From Octopus vulgaris (lineage: Eukaryota): a stretch of DNA of 64,000 nucleotides. Below are positions 25,405-39,291 of this stretch, one piece after another; position 1 is the first letter of the stretch, and each line of letters starts with the position of its first letter. The translations under genes were made by a program, and so were the position numbers. Location of the stretch: positions 67,642,001-67,706,000 of the forward strand of contig OX597819.1 of assembly GCA_951406725.2 (NCBI GenBank). The letters run 5' to 3'. Below the pieces are notes generated by a model that was not told the DNA's origin, searched no databases, and worked only from the letters and a program-made list of their open reading frames with translations.

Positions 25405-25823
25405 AAAACTTTATATATAAAGAACGTGAAATTCACGAATTGAAGAACACGGAAATCAGACAGTCATTATCAGACAGTCATTCAGAGCCTTCCTTCTTCA
25501 GTCAGAAACCGATTCATCATGGCAAATTTCGGCTGTTTAATTCTGAGATTTGCTCCAAAACGGCCAGCCCCAAGGAAAAGCTAAGCTATGGGCATTAGAT
25601 TTCCTTGCTAGAAGAAAAGAATGTGACAACAGAGACGAATAGGAAAACAAGAGACGAAGATAAAATTGGAAACAGTAACGAATAAAAACAGGAATGACAA
25701 AATTTGAGACAAAATGGGACAAAAACATTTGATCAGCAAGCGTGGGAAGCGGTTATCTTTTCGGTAGGGAAGACACGTGTAGAGAAGACCTTTTCGGTAG
25801 AGAAGACACGGTAGAGAAGACAC

Positions 25824-25826
<3 letters not shown>
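25400..25826 (-). mobile_element. (TA)n-embedded non-coding repeat family D
   Basis: Core aatttcggctg..aat..tgagat..gctcc...ggccagccccaaggaaaa.ctaagcta...gcattagatt shared with 62655-63095 and, inverted, with 57290-57620. Confidence 0.65.
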
Positions 25827-25865
<39 letters not shown>

Positions 25866-26610
25866 TGATCTTTCCTGTGTGTTCTTGTTTTTGTTTACAA
25901 AAAATGATGTGTAAATAGATGCAATCACCTTCTAGAATATTCTTCCTTAAAGTAAGCAAAAGATTCGAAGTGTCAGTTAAATATCATCAGGCTCTTAATC
26001 CCAGATGAAGAGATTATTGTTTTAGACATCATTCTGTATTTGATTCAAGCGATAATGTATCAATTTACGTCATTGCTAGATAATTTGTTTTATAGTGCGT
26101 AGGAATATTTTCTAAATTTTTTTAAGAGAAAAACTATGGTTTGTTACATTTCAGCGTTATAAATACTGTAATCATACTGAAGTACTGAGGCCGGAAATAT
26201 TAATAGGATGAATGGATATTGCACCACACAAAACAAGAGATACCACCTAATATAGGAATTTAAAAATGAACTATGAAAATGGTAATGGCAGATAATAAAT
26301 GGAACAGAATAATGTTCATGACGATAATGATATCGACGATGATCTATTTCGTGATGGCTAAAACGTTAATATTGAGAATGAAGTTAGCATATTATAAAAA
26401 TTCATTATTATTTCCCATATATTGATGATTGCGTAGTAGAATTTGTAAAAGATGAAAAAAAGAGGATGCGTAGAAATGAAGAATGGGACACACACTATTA
26501 GCAATTAATGCAGACAATAATTAGTACACACTGTATATATATTTCTCTATCTATAAACTCACACATACACAAACACACACGAACAAACACACACACATAC
26601 GCACACACAC

Positions 26611-27080
<470 letters not shown>

Positions 27081-27270
27081 CATATAATTTAAACTACGGT
27101 TTACCCGCTGAATTACCTGCTACCGTACACCTTTTTACCAAGGATTGTACCTATGCAGATAATCATCAGGAGCGCCTTTGGATTTAACCATTCCTTAAAG
27201 GTATTAAACAGCTCTAACTCATACCTATATATATATATACAAGAAAAAAAGCAACAAAAATGGATCAATA

Positions 27271-27359
27271 TTTCGGTACAATTGTTTCGTACGAAGACCA
27301 GCTTTATTAAGGCTGCAAATATTGCAGTAAATATAACGACTCGTACTCATCAGCCGAAA
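27271..27359 (-). ncRNA. Type I hammerhead ribozyme in inverted PLE terminus
   Basis: Reverse complement of 31035-31123. Confidence 0.82.
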
Positions 27360-28307
27360 AAACATCTGAGTTCTCCAAACATCTAAGGGGGTGAGGTTAC
27401 ACTCCTGAAACCTCAGGGATAGTTCTATAAAAATCAGATTTAGATAACAAACGGACTTCCAAAGTTCTTTAATGTTGCACAGTCATATAACAGGTCTTAA
27501 AAAAGTATTTTAAAAACCTTTTAGTTTCCCAGAAAATGGAAATGTAAATCCATCCATATTGAAGTACGTTTGATTCTGGAGATATGAGGAAAGATTTCAT
27601 ACTCACAGACGATGCATTTATCCATAATTAGTCCATAATAAAGTGTGTTTCCTGATGTATGGTGATATACTGGTTACAATTCTGAAAATTTTTCAAAACT
27701 GCTATGTTAGAATTTTATTTGTTGAAGGAAAGTTAGTGGAGCGTAGAGACAATCACTCCCATAGGGTATAATGGGGTAACTGAGAGGGGAAGGAGATGTG
27801 AATATCCAACTACGCAGAATAGTGATTCAGAATTTGCAAGGATCTAAGAGCTTTAAGGAGGAATGCTAATCTTGACCAGTACCGTTGTTAATTGCTATAT
27901 AAAGAGGACACGGGAAGGTAAAGGCAGGTCAAAGGTTGTCACTATAGGAAAAAAACATTAACAGATTTCAGTGCAACACTAGAAAGGATTAGAAAGAAAA
28001 TTAATAGGTTCTTTAAAGATTTCAACCTTAGCATAACCTATGAACGAGTCACTAACATAGTCAATTTCCTAGATATTACATTAGACCTTAACTCTAAGCT
28101 ACATTACCCATTTAGAAAGGAAGGTGAAATCAATCACTAGTTACGTAAATAAATTATCCAATCATCCCCCAAATATAATTAATGCTTTGATTAGAAATAT
28201 TTCCTTAAGAATCTCTAAATTATCATCCAATTTTGATATATTTAACTCCCATTCGGAGCGTTATAATGCGGCGTTATCTAAGGCTGGATACAACCAAAAA
28301 ATTACCC

Positions 28308-28728
28308 TTACATATTCCTAATAAAAGAAGTAACAATAGCCACGTAAACAACAATAGAGATCGCACCAGAAATAAAACTAGAAGTAGTTTTACGGTGACA
28401 ACAAATCTAAATGAAAATAAGAACAAAGATAAGAACATAGACCAGAACATAGGTAACTCGGATAGGATAAATTTAGATAAAACGAAGAAGCATGCAAATA
28501 GTTACATTGATAAAGAGAATTTACATATTCCTAATAAAAGAAGTAACAATAGCCACGTAAACAACAATAGAGATCACGCCAGAAATAAAAGTAGAAATAG
28601 ATTTACGGTGACAACTAATATAAATGAAAATAAGAATAATGATAAAAACATAGACCAGAACATAGGTAATACGGATAGGATAAATTTAGATAAAACAAAG
28701 AAGCATGCAAATAGTAACATTAATAAAC
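28308..28728 (+). repeat. 213-bp (71-codon) tandem duplication, Asn-rich
   Basis: ttacatattcctaataaaagaagtaacaatagccacg at 28308 and 28521. Confidence 0.9.
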
Positions 28729-31034
28729 ACAGCGACTCTGGTGAGAGTAAGAATGATTAAACTAATCCCAATTCTAATTCTAGGAAATTTAATAAGAAGG
28801 ATATAATGTGGCTAAATGTTCCTTTCAACTGTGCGATTCTATCGGATATTCAGAGTAGATTCAAAATAATTCTGGAAAAGAACTTCCCAACCTCTCATAG
28901 ATATAACATTATTTCTAAGAAAACGGTCAGAATTTCTTATTCAACCCGCCCAAATATGTCCACTTTAATAGCTAAGATTAATAATAATAACATTAAACTA
29001 GCCAGGAAAAAATTAGATAATAACAATAGAAATACCAATGGCAATTGTAGTAACATTACCGAAGGTAATAATAGCCACAATAATAATAATAACTATCATA
29101 ACATAGGTATAACCAATAGCTATGGAATAGCTAATAATAATAATAATACAAATAGGAACAATTATGTTAATAATAGGAGTAATACCAATAGGGAAATACC
29201 GAGAATGAAGACAACAATGATATCTATAGTAACAGTATACATTTGGAAACCAATACTGGCAATAATAGTAGCAATACCAATAATGTCAGTAATTATGGTA
29301 GGACTATAGTATTAAATGATAGTGTAGAAAGACCGATAAATGATAATACTGCCTTAGATAACAACATTAACTATAATAACGATAACACTATTTTAGATAG
29401 CAGCAGTAACTATAATAACGAAAAATATACTAATAATGTTTTGAATAGCAGTAATATGAGACATCTATCCTTGAGTAATTCCACATCGGAAAATGATCCC
29501 CCTAGGTGTAACTGTAGAATTAGATCAAAATGCCCGGCACCTGGTCTATGCGGGTTAAATAACGTAATCTATAAATGTACCATAACACAGAGAATAACAA
29601 ATTTATTTATTTAGGGTGTACTATAAATTTTAAGAAACGTCTTAGCAACCATCTCTCTTCTTTCAAATTACGTCATGATAGCACCACACTTTGAAGTAAG
29701 ATCTGGGAACTCAAAAACAATAATATCAAGTATAAACTTAATTGGGAATTAGTTAGAAGAGCGATACCTTATAAAAATAACAGAGTTGGTTGTCAACTTT
29801 GCTCCATGGAAACTTTTGAAATACTAATGCATAGAAGAAATGGTAATTTGTTGAATAACCGTATATAATTGGGTAACTCTTGTATTCACGCTAGGATTAA
29901 GACTCTAAAATATTTTAAATGATAACCCTATATAAAAGTCATTTTGTGATTTGTCTATCTTGCTTATACTAATATAGCAATACTCTTATATACTATATAT
30001 TATATATTTAAATAGATAGCTACGAGCTCATAGGCTATGGTCATTTTCTCTCTAACGGTACCGGATTTGAAGCATAAAGAAATAAATTAGTTGCAAATAA
30101 ATTTTCATTCTAATAGACTATCTAGATAATTTAAATTAATTTTATCTAATTTTTAATTTAATTTAGGTAAACCAACTTAAAACAAATAAGTTAATAAGAC
30201 TTCGTAATTCTTTTCTATACTACAAGTAAATATTGCTAATCCCATAAAAATAATATAACGATTTTTCATTATGAAAAACAATACTCTCAATCCTTTCTTT
30301 TGACCCCTAAATGTAGTCCCATAGTCTGCCAATGTATAAGTAGTAACATTAATAAATAAAGAAATAAATTAAATGACCTCATTTCTAGTGTTGCACTGAA
30401 ATCTGTTAATGTCTTTTTCCTATAGTGACAACCTTTGACCCGCCTTTACCTTCCCGTGTCCTCTTTATATAGCAATTAACAACGGTACTGGTCAAGATTA
30501 GCATTCCTCCTGAAAGCTCTTAGATTCTTGCAAATTCTGAATCAGTCAGTTTGTCTCAACTGAAATAAACTATTCTGTGTAGGTGGATATTCACATCCCC
30601 TTCCCCTCTCAGTTACCCTATTATACCCTATGTGAGTGATTGTTTCTACGCTCCACTAACTTTCCTTCAACAAATAAAATTCTAACATAGCAGTTTTGAG
30701 AAATTTTCAGAATTGCAACCAGTATATCACCATACATCAGGAAACACACTTTATTATGGACTAATTATGGATAAATGCATCGTCTGTGAGTATGAAATCT
30801 CTCCTCATAACTCCAGAAATCAAACTTACTTCAATATGGATGGATTTACATTTCCATTTTCTGGGAAACTAAAAGGTTTTTTAAAATACTCTTTTAAGAC
30901 CTGTTATATGACTGTGCAACATTAAAGAACTTTGGAAGTCCGTTTGTTATCTAAGTCTGATTTTTATTGAACTATCCCTGATGTTTCAGGAGTGTAACCT
31001 CACCCCCTTAGATGTTTGGAGAACTCAGATGTTT

Positions 31035-31123
31035 TTTCGGCTGATGAGTACGGGTCGTTATATTTACTGCAATATTTGCAGCCTTAATAAAGCTGGTCTT
31101 CGTACGAAACAATTGTACCGAAA
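31035..31123 (+). ncRNA. Type I hammerhead ribozyme in PLE 3' terminus
   Basis: tttcgg-CTGATGA-gtacg...cgtac-GAAA-caattg-TA-ccgaaa; 6-bp stem I; large stem II; palindromic CAATTG. Confidence 0.85.
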
Positions 31124-31269
31124 TATTGATCCATTTTTGTTGCTTTTTTCTTGTTTATAATCACCCCGCATTATCTTATGATTAATACCATATAGATATA
31201 TGGTGCATCTAAGTTAAGTACCGCATTCATGTGAATTCAACAGAACTCACTTGAATTTAATTGCTTTTT

Positions 31270-31332
<63 letters not shown>

Positions 31333-31341
31333 TAGATAGAT

Positions 31342-31426
<85 letters not shown>

Positions 31427-32199
31427 TGAGATTTCATGTGACTTCATGCATTACATGCATATATGAGTAACGGGAAGATAGTTTTGGTTTAATAATATTT
31501 TGCTTCAGATATTGTCAATTTCATTATTCAGTTTCGTTGTATTCAATTGCTTCACATCATAGCAGAAATTATACATCCGGAGGCACCTCATGTGAATTAA
31601 GTGCATTTAAGTTAATCCATATGACATAAATATAAAAGATGACATTTTAATCTGAGATGTCTTGTTTTGAATAAACAAAACAGGAGATCTATTAATACCA
31701 ATGTATATCCAAATGGCGTTGCTTTAAATTTTGTATATCACTTTTATTTCTCAAAATCAAAATCAAAATTATTGGCATAATATGTTCAATGAAAATACAG
31801 TCTGCTTCAATCTCACAATAACCTAACGTATGCAACCAACCAGTTTGGGTTTAAAATATAATCAAGATAATCTTTATAAACTACTTTGTACTCAATGGAT
31901 GAAATGGAGATAAGGCAAACATCCTGAGATTCCTTGCCGGTCTACTTACAAGCGCAATTTAAACTGCTTTTTATTAGGAGTTACTACTAATCGTAATTGA
32001 AACAAATGTTTCAATTTCATGAAGATATACAGAATTCGAATGAAAGAGAGAGTTATAATGGAAGGATATGAACATATGTAATTTCATATTTTGATTTGAG
32101 ACAAAAGAACAACGGAACAAATTATGATATTATCCTATAATGTAAACAGAATGCCCAATTATAAACTCTCTCTCTCTCTCTCTCTCTCTCTGTATATCA

Positions 32200-32285
<86 letters not shown>

Positions 32286-32464
32286 AGAGTTTACGAAAAA
32301 AACAAAAGACGAAGACAGGTGGTGTACAAAGCAAACAGATGTATTAGAATAGAAAAAGTCTTTTACGTTTTGAGCCTACGCTCTTCTACAGAAAGTGACA
32401 CAGAAAAAACATGAAGAGAAAAAAGAGTAGAAAAATGTGTGTAGTGGCTAACGATCTATCATGG

Positions 32465-32514
<50 letters not shown>

Positions 32515-32699
32515 CTGTGTGTGTGTATTTGTAATTAATTTATCACCATTAATTAGAACACAATATACAACTCCCAAAGGATTTAATTCTGAAATGTACA
32601 CTAAATAAATCTTATAAATAAAAATAAGAATAAAAATAAATAACTACCTCACCACTCCTTATATCTTGACCCCTAACTATTTTCCTCAGAAACCTCGCT

Positions 32700-32914
32700 A
32701 AAGGACCACTGTCCGTGTTGTAATTGCGATGAATGCTTTCTTCCTGCTGACAATCTTTCCTAACACAATATATTCCTTTGAGGTGAATTTCTCCACCCTC
32801 ACTCTGTTGAATATCTTGTCTCTGATTACGCATAATCTTAATTTCATTTGTTATATGATTACAATTTCGCAAATCATTCAGAAAAACTTTTTTTCCGAAA
32901 GTCTACGGACTTGA
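32700..32914 (+). pseudogene. GPCR 3' fragment (TM6-TM7)
   Basis: RTTVRVVIAMNAFFLLTIFP...LLNILSLITHNLNFICYMIT aligns with the 35055 gene (RTTIHVVIAMNILFLMTTLP...LSLINNSFNFICYIIT). Confidence 0.8.
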
Positions 32915-33636
32915 GACAGACTCTATACACACTACATGAGAGACACAATTGAACTATGTTTTGTAAGTAAACGAGGTATTTACGAATTATTTTAATCTAC
33001 AGGTATTTGTAAGTCTTTTAATTGTAATTTAATTACGTATATAGGTAGACATACGTAGTTATCCGTCGCTGATTGCGTATAGTTCCTTCTCTCAGTTTCT
33101 ATATTACTTATTTGCATCTAGATCTATCTTATCTTTCAATGCCAGCATTTTATTTGCGAGAAAATTTAGGTTACATGCTTAGTTTTGATATAGGGCAGAA
33201 AGTCTCATTAGAATATTTATCTGAATGATAACTGTATTGACGCTAAGAATATTTATAATCATTAATATGATTATTCGATAACGCTCTGCACAAACCAAGA
33301 GACACCTAATTAATATATTTTAAAAAATCAGTTTTGGCGTTAATGTCGTAAAATAATTGACAGATAATGATGGTGACATATAAGAGGCAAACCTTCAAGG
33401 TTATGAAGACCAAAATGGGATTGACAGTTTTCAAAGAGACATTGAATGCATAGGTTTTCGGAAGTACGATTCGGCATGAATCTTAATCTTCAGACATATT
33501 CTCCAGATATGTGGAGACATGGTATTGCAAAATCTTAGGATAATTCACAGCCAATTTTGATTGTTTAGCATTTAAACTTGTCAATAAAATATAGAATAAT
33601 TATATTGACGTTAATTGTAAATATATTAATATTCCT

Positions 33637-33820
33637 TTCTACTAAAGGCACAGGGCCTGAAATGTAGGAGAAGGTGACTAGTCGATTAGATCAGCTCTAG
33701 TGTTTTACTGGTACTTAGTTTATCGAGCCCGGATGAAGCGCAAAGTCGACCTCGGCAGAATTTGAACGTAAGGATGAACGAAACGATGGACGAGAGGCCG
33801 CTTAGAATATCAACCAGCGT
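33637..33820 (-). mobile_element. SINE family A
   Basis: tttctactaaaggcacagggcctgaaat...gcaaagtcgacctcggcagaatttgaac. Confidence 0.75.
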
Positions 33821-34782
33821 GCTACTAATTGTGCCACCTCTCTACATTACTGAGGATAGTAATAATGATAAATATTTGATAACAACTGTGATATGGATGA
33901 CGATGATGATTAATTTTATGACAACGATGATAGGAATTATGATAGTGATTACGAAGATGATATAGTATGAATATTGAATGTTCAATCAGCTCATGTTTGT
34001 GGAGTATAATATGCTAATGACGTTAAAAGGATATTTACAAAGGACCGTGTTAGACGCTCCAATATTGCTTTAGATAGGTGATTGTTAGTTAATGCTGAAA
34101 CAAATGTAAATAAGTTTCTTGATTAATATGGACGTAAACATAGCTATTTATCTATCTATAAACAATATAACTACACACACACTCACACACATATTTACAC
34201 ACGCATACACACACAAACATGTAATATGATAATGATGTTTAAAGGAGGTAGACAAAGGATTAATTGCAGACGCAGCACAAATATTTTATAGGCGTTTATT
34301 AGTGTATAGTGGAAGAAAATCAAGAGAGATTATTGATCAATATGTATGCATGTGTATGTGTGTGTGTGCCCATCTATTTCTCTTCTAAATAATATACATA
34401 CATATACACACTGATACACACACACAAACACACACACATAAACATATATATATATACGTACACACACAGACACACATATGTATGTGCGTGGGTGTGTGGG
34501 TGAGAGAGAGTGTGTATGAATGTATATATTTATATGTGAATAAAAAGAAGAAAGCATTGTTTGAGATTTGGGACTTTAACCGTGAATTTAAATATAGTGC
34601 AAGGATCTAATAGTAACATTCATAATACAGTTTTACAATCTACAAATGTTCCAAAAGCTTCTTCTGTTGATACATATATCAAGACACGCATCTACATCGA
34701 AATTTGTCTCGGAATAAAATTTCATAAATAATATTTGCTAAACATTTAATTTATCTTTCTAAACACTTATAAACAAGAATCA

Positions 34783-35032
34783 TTACCTGCGCCTTATAGA
34801 AGGTGCAGGTATTGTTTTTCAGTCGCGTTTGTTAGTTTGTCTGTGGACAAGATATCTCACGAACTTTCAAGGATGTTTGGACTGTTTTTCCGGATGTTTT
34901 ACTTAATTTTTGAGAGCGAGCGGGTTCACTTTTAGTATTCCAGTTTGTGAGAGTTTTCGAGTTTATTTCAGATATTCTCATTTTAAAAATCATCTCTGGC
35001 TAATCATTGAGAGGATTTTGGCGTTGCCTTGT
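34783..35032 (+). mobile_element. Helentron/DINE-like non-autonomous element directly upstream of GPCR
   Basis: Terminal hairpin acctgcgcctt-atag-aaggtgcaggt, then gtttgttagtttgtctgt and aagatatctca. Confidence 0.5.
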
Positions 35033-35054
35033 GACTATTATTTTCATAATCCAA

Positions 35055-35984
35055 ATGGGTGTATACAACGTACCACTGCTCAACAGTAGCCACATAAATA
35101 ACACGAACATTTCTATTATTCTTTCTATACGGTATGCTTCAATAACAATATTGGCATTTGGAACTTTCAGTAATTTAGCTGTTATTGCAATATTTTGCAA
35201 GAAAGAAATGCGCAAGTTTCAAGTTTCTGCATATCTTATTTGTTTGGGTTGTGTAGACTTGAGCACAGTCTGGATTGGTTCCACAAGATATTTATATTAC
35301 ACATTTGTTTTTCAAAATGTGAGTTCTGTCAAACTCTTGTTTGGATATTCAATTGTTAATGGAATTTCTTTTGTACTAAGTATGTATTCCTCGTGGCTAG
35401 TAGTAGTTATATCCGTGGAACGTGTATTTGCAATTTACACTCCATTTCCGCGGCGAAATTACTCGAATAAATATAAACCGTACATCCTTATGGCGGTTCT
35501 ATTAATATTCGCGTCTATACTGTACATAACAGATAAAACAATGGCTACGAATTCAAAGTTTCATTTGGGTTCTTTATTCGCTTTTTATTCAATCATACCA
35601 TCAGTGATTTTAGTTGGCAGTTCTATCGCCTTGATATCGAAGTTACTACAACGACCGAATCTCAATGAACAGATTCAGCGCAACATCTCAACACGAAGAA
35701 GAACCACTATTCACGTTGTAATTGCCATGAATATTTTATTTCTGATGACGACATTACCTATATCAATATATTTCTCTCTTATATCGCAGAACGATAGGCT
35801 GTTTCATACGAAATTCCACTTCTTTATTCTCTTAAGTACTTTGTCTCTGATTAACAACAGTTTTAATTTCATTTGTTATATTATTACAAGCAGAGCGTTT
35901 CGCGAACATTTCAAAATGTTATGTGTTCGTAGGCCCGCAATTGTAAGAGAGAACGTATACACATTACATCAGAGAAGTAATTAA
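35055..35984 (+). CDS. Intronless rhodopsin-class GPCR paralogue (putative chemoreceptor), ~309 aa from first ATG
   Basis: GTFSN, LGCVDL, ISVERVFAIYTP, YSIIP, FLMTTLP, NNSFNFICY, SRAFR; sequons NSS, NNT, NIS. The track start at 35007 is TTG. Confidence 0.92.
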   Translation: MGVYNVPLLNSSHINNTNISIILSIRYASITILAFGTFSNLAVIAIFCKKEMRKFQVSAYLICLGCVDLSTVWIGSTRYLYYTFVFQNVSSVKLLFGYSIVNGISFVLSMYSSWLVVVISVERVFAIYTPFPRRNYSNKYKPYILMAVLLIFASILYITDKTMATNSKFHLGSLFAFYSIIPSVILVGSSIALISKLLQRPNLNEQIQRNISTRRRTTIHVVIAMNILFLMTTLPISIYFSLISQNDRLFHTKFHFFILLSTLSLINNSFNFICYIITSRAFREHFKMLCVRRPAIVRENVYTLHQRSN

Positions 35985-36149
35985 ATGATATTTCATAAGG
36001 TAAGTAGATTTTTTTTTAATATTTGAATTTAATGCTATATTTTTTTCCTTCTAATATCAATTCACTTGTCTGTATGTGTATGCGTTATTATCTTTTCCTT
36101 TCTGCATGTGAGTATTGCTTAGTTCATACCAAAAATACCTATCAGTCTG

Positions 36150-36221
<72 letters not shown>

Positions 36222-36223
36222 CC

Positions 36224-36254
<31 letters not shown>

Positions 36255-36295
36255 CTATCTAACTACTACTTTGTGTGTGTGTGTATGTGTGTGTG

Positions 36296-37972
36296 TACAA
36301 CAGTGGTCAAAATTAGAGAACGTTTGGCATAAAATTCAAGGAATCAAAATTTTGATTGAAATTCTTACAATTTACATCAATATATTAATACAAGTGCATT
36401 CCTTTATCTTGAATGTCTTCAGCACATTTCCCTCCAAAGGATTTCACCTATTTCGTACATTGTTCTGACATAATTGTATTCATTTTCCCACAAAATTGTA
36501 ACCATCACTGGACAGTGCTCGCTGATGTCTTGCAAACAACTTGCACATGCAAGTGCAACCAGTTAAAAGCTCCGTATACCGGAAGCTAGCAAGTGAATGG
36601 GGTCATCAGGAGAGAATGCGCGCCGTTTCGGGGCCTACATCTCGACGGCATCAATGCGCACCGGCCGCCCTCACTGATATGAGGCCCCGCTTGCTAGATC
36701 AGCTGGTTATGAAGAACTCAATATACTTCTAGCCATCGCTCATCGTCTCTTTTTAACCAAATCCAGTGGATAGCCTTCTCCACTGTAGATTGGATATCAG
36801 TCATGGTAGTATTGACTTTACTATGAGTTAAGCCTATCGATAACAACAGTCGTCTCACGCTGTGTCCAACAAACCCTCTACATCCGACTTCGATAGGAAA
36901 ATGTTCCGCTTTCCAGCCTGCGTCTTCACATTCCTCGAGGAGATTTTCATAACGGTTCAATTTTCGAGCCCGAGCGGCGTCCATATTATATCACCAAGTA
37001 TCTTTCATAAGTCTTCTATAGGATTAAGGTAAGGGTTTTGATTTCTTTAGATTCAAACCCCACCTTAACTAGTTTATCACTGTATCATGGTGCTTTATCC
37101 TGCATGTAAATTGGCTGACGAGATGGAGATGACCTACTAGCTAGCACAACATGCTGTAGAACGATGTTTGGTCTTTGAGATTACTATGGATACGGATCAG
37201 AGGCCCAAAGCCTGCTGCAGAATACATTCGCCGCAATATTAAACTCTCACCGCCAAACTTTACTGATTTTTTCATGCATTTAGGGAGCAATCTTTCACTT
37301 TGGCGATACCTCACATATTTTCTACCGTCGAAGCCAAACAAATTAATCATGTATTTGCCATTGAAGAACACACGCACCTTTTTCTAATCCGTCCAAATTA
37401 CGTGCTTGATGGCAAAGACTAACCTAACTTTTCAGTCCTTCATACAGATGAGGATTTTAATGGCGGGGGAATAGGCATAAATTCCAACTTACTTCAAAAG
37501 ATAAAACCACAGACTTCCCAGATATATTCACTCCATAATCACAATTTACTTGGCAAGAAATTCCTGTTACATTATTGAAACGGCCTCTTAACAACAACCT
37601 CTGAATCACACAGTGTTGCTGAACACTTGATTTCCATGGAATCCCTATTTTTTTAATGACACAAACGAGCTCATTTCTTCATAAAGCTTGCGTATTCTTA
37701 AACAAAACTCTTTTTATCAGGTTGATAGAAGACCCTTGCCATTCCTTCTATTTTCAATATGAACACTCCATTCCTATAGCTTTCACCAACTTTATATTGC
37801 TTTCCATGATTATTAATTCACTACTGTTCAATATAAATCTTCACACTCTTAAGTTAACTTAGTTTAGAAAAGTTGCAGTGTTACCAGATTTTACTTTTTG
37901 AATTTGTTCTCTTAATTCCTCCATCTTGTATTTTTCAAGTTAATATTTTCTCTATTTTAAACCATCTTGTTA
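36296..37972 (-). mobile_element. Degenerate Tc1-like DNA transposon
   Basis: FGFDGRKYVR, KSVKFGG, YMQDKAP; TIR-like caacagtggtcaaaattagagaa and ttctctattttaaaccatcttgtt. Confidence 0.72.
36540..36990 (-). mobile_element. 3' fragment of a different RLE non-LTR element (HERO-like) nested in the Tc1
   Basis: RKLNRYENLL...GWKAEHFPIEVGCRGFV...WIWLKR followed by a GC-richer 3' UTR. Confidence 0.7.
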
Positions 37973-38106
37973 CATATCACGTCCTAGAAAATTTATTGTA
38001 AATAATAAACACATTAAATTAAATACAGTAAAAATCCCATTTGGAATAATGAAATAGGAATGTAAATATATTTAAATTTATTTTCGTTCTCTGATATTGG
38101 CCACTA

Positions 38107-38153
<47 letters not shown>

Positions 38154-38179
38154 CATATATAAATATATATGTATATATG

Positions 38180-38240
<61 letters not shown>

Positions 38241-38989
38241 TATACATTAACACACACACACACATATATCACTTGCATCATGAAAAACTATGACGCAACG
38301 ATACTTGAGAGCTTCTCTGTGTGTTCATGCTTTTTGTTTCACTAGAACATTCGAACCTGAAATTCACGTAACATTCTATAATAACCTATGCTTAATGCGG
38401 GTCCGAGTTAGTGGTGAAGAATTTATTATCCAATAAATACAATCATAATTCGAATGATGGACTGAACTTCTTTTTTTTTTATTACTTTCACAGTAATTAT
38501 AAATCAGAGTTTAAAATGTGTTTTCTGTAAATATTATATAAAAGTTATTCACAAATATTGTGAGCTAGCCATCTCTTCAGCACCAAGTAGCATCCACAAA
38601 ACTTACAATTGCTAATTATATGATAGTGGCAATTTCGTTTATTATTACAAGATTCCGTTGATTATTACAAAATTTATGGAACCTCGAAATTATTTGTCAA
38701 ATCTACTTTCGGTGATTGCCAATACAACATCAATTGCACTATAAATCGCTACGGGGTACATTTTGTAATATCTTAACATTAAGAAGTTAAACAAAATTTA
38801 ATAGGAAACAGAAATCATAAATGAATTAGAACACACTATGAAATAAAAAAAATAAAATTTTGCTACTGTTACAGGAAAGCAATTTTTATTATTCTACTTT
38901 TCATTATATCAAAAATAACAAAAATTAATTCAGATTCACGGACTCACAACGTATAAACGTATAAATATATATATATATATATATTGTAA

Positions 38990-39100
38990 ACCTAGTTCTT
39001 ATTCTATCGTTTTTTTTTGCCGAACCGCTATGTTACGGGGACGTAAGCACACCAGCTTTGGTTGTCAATCGATGTTGGGGAACAAACACAGACATGAACA
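38990..39100 (-). mobile_element. SINE family B fragment
   Basis: cttattctatcg...tgccgaaccgcta.gttacggggacgtaagcacaccagc...gttgtcaa.cgatgttggggaacaaacac. Confidence 0.7.
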
Positions 39101-39110
39101 TACACAGAGA

Positions 39111-39156
<46 letters not shown>

Positions 39157-39213
39157 CGTGTGTGTGTGTCTGTGTGTGTATGTATGTATGCATGTATGTA
39201 TGCATGAATATAC

Positions 39214-39291
<78 letters not shown>

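Larger units (their letters stand above)
27238..31154 (+). mobile_element. Penelope-like element: degenerate RT thumb and GIY-YIG (27985-29920) bracketed by ~745-bp inverted terminal copies
   Basis: VNFLDITLDL, YPFRK, YVNKLSNHPP, WLNVPF, CNCR..KCP..GLC..NVIYKC, FKKRLSNH..SF, CQLC..E; 27238-27984 is the reverse complement of 30382-31154. Confidence 0.88.

Noticed and set aside
35007-35054. N-terminal extension of the second GPCR
   Set aside because: It starts at TTG inside a putative repeat; the ATG at 35055 aligns with the ATG at 58580.
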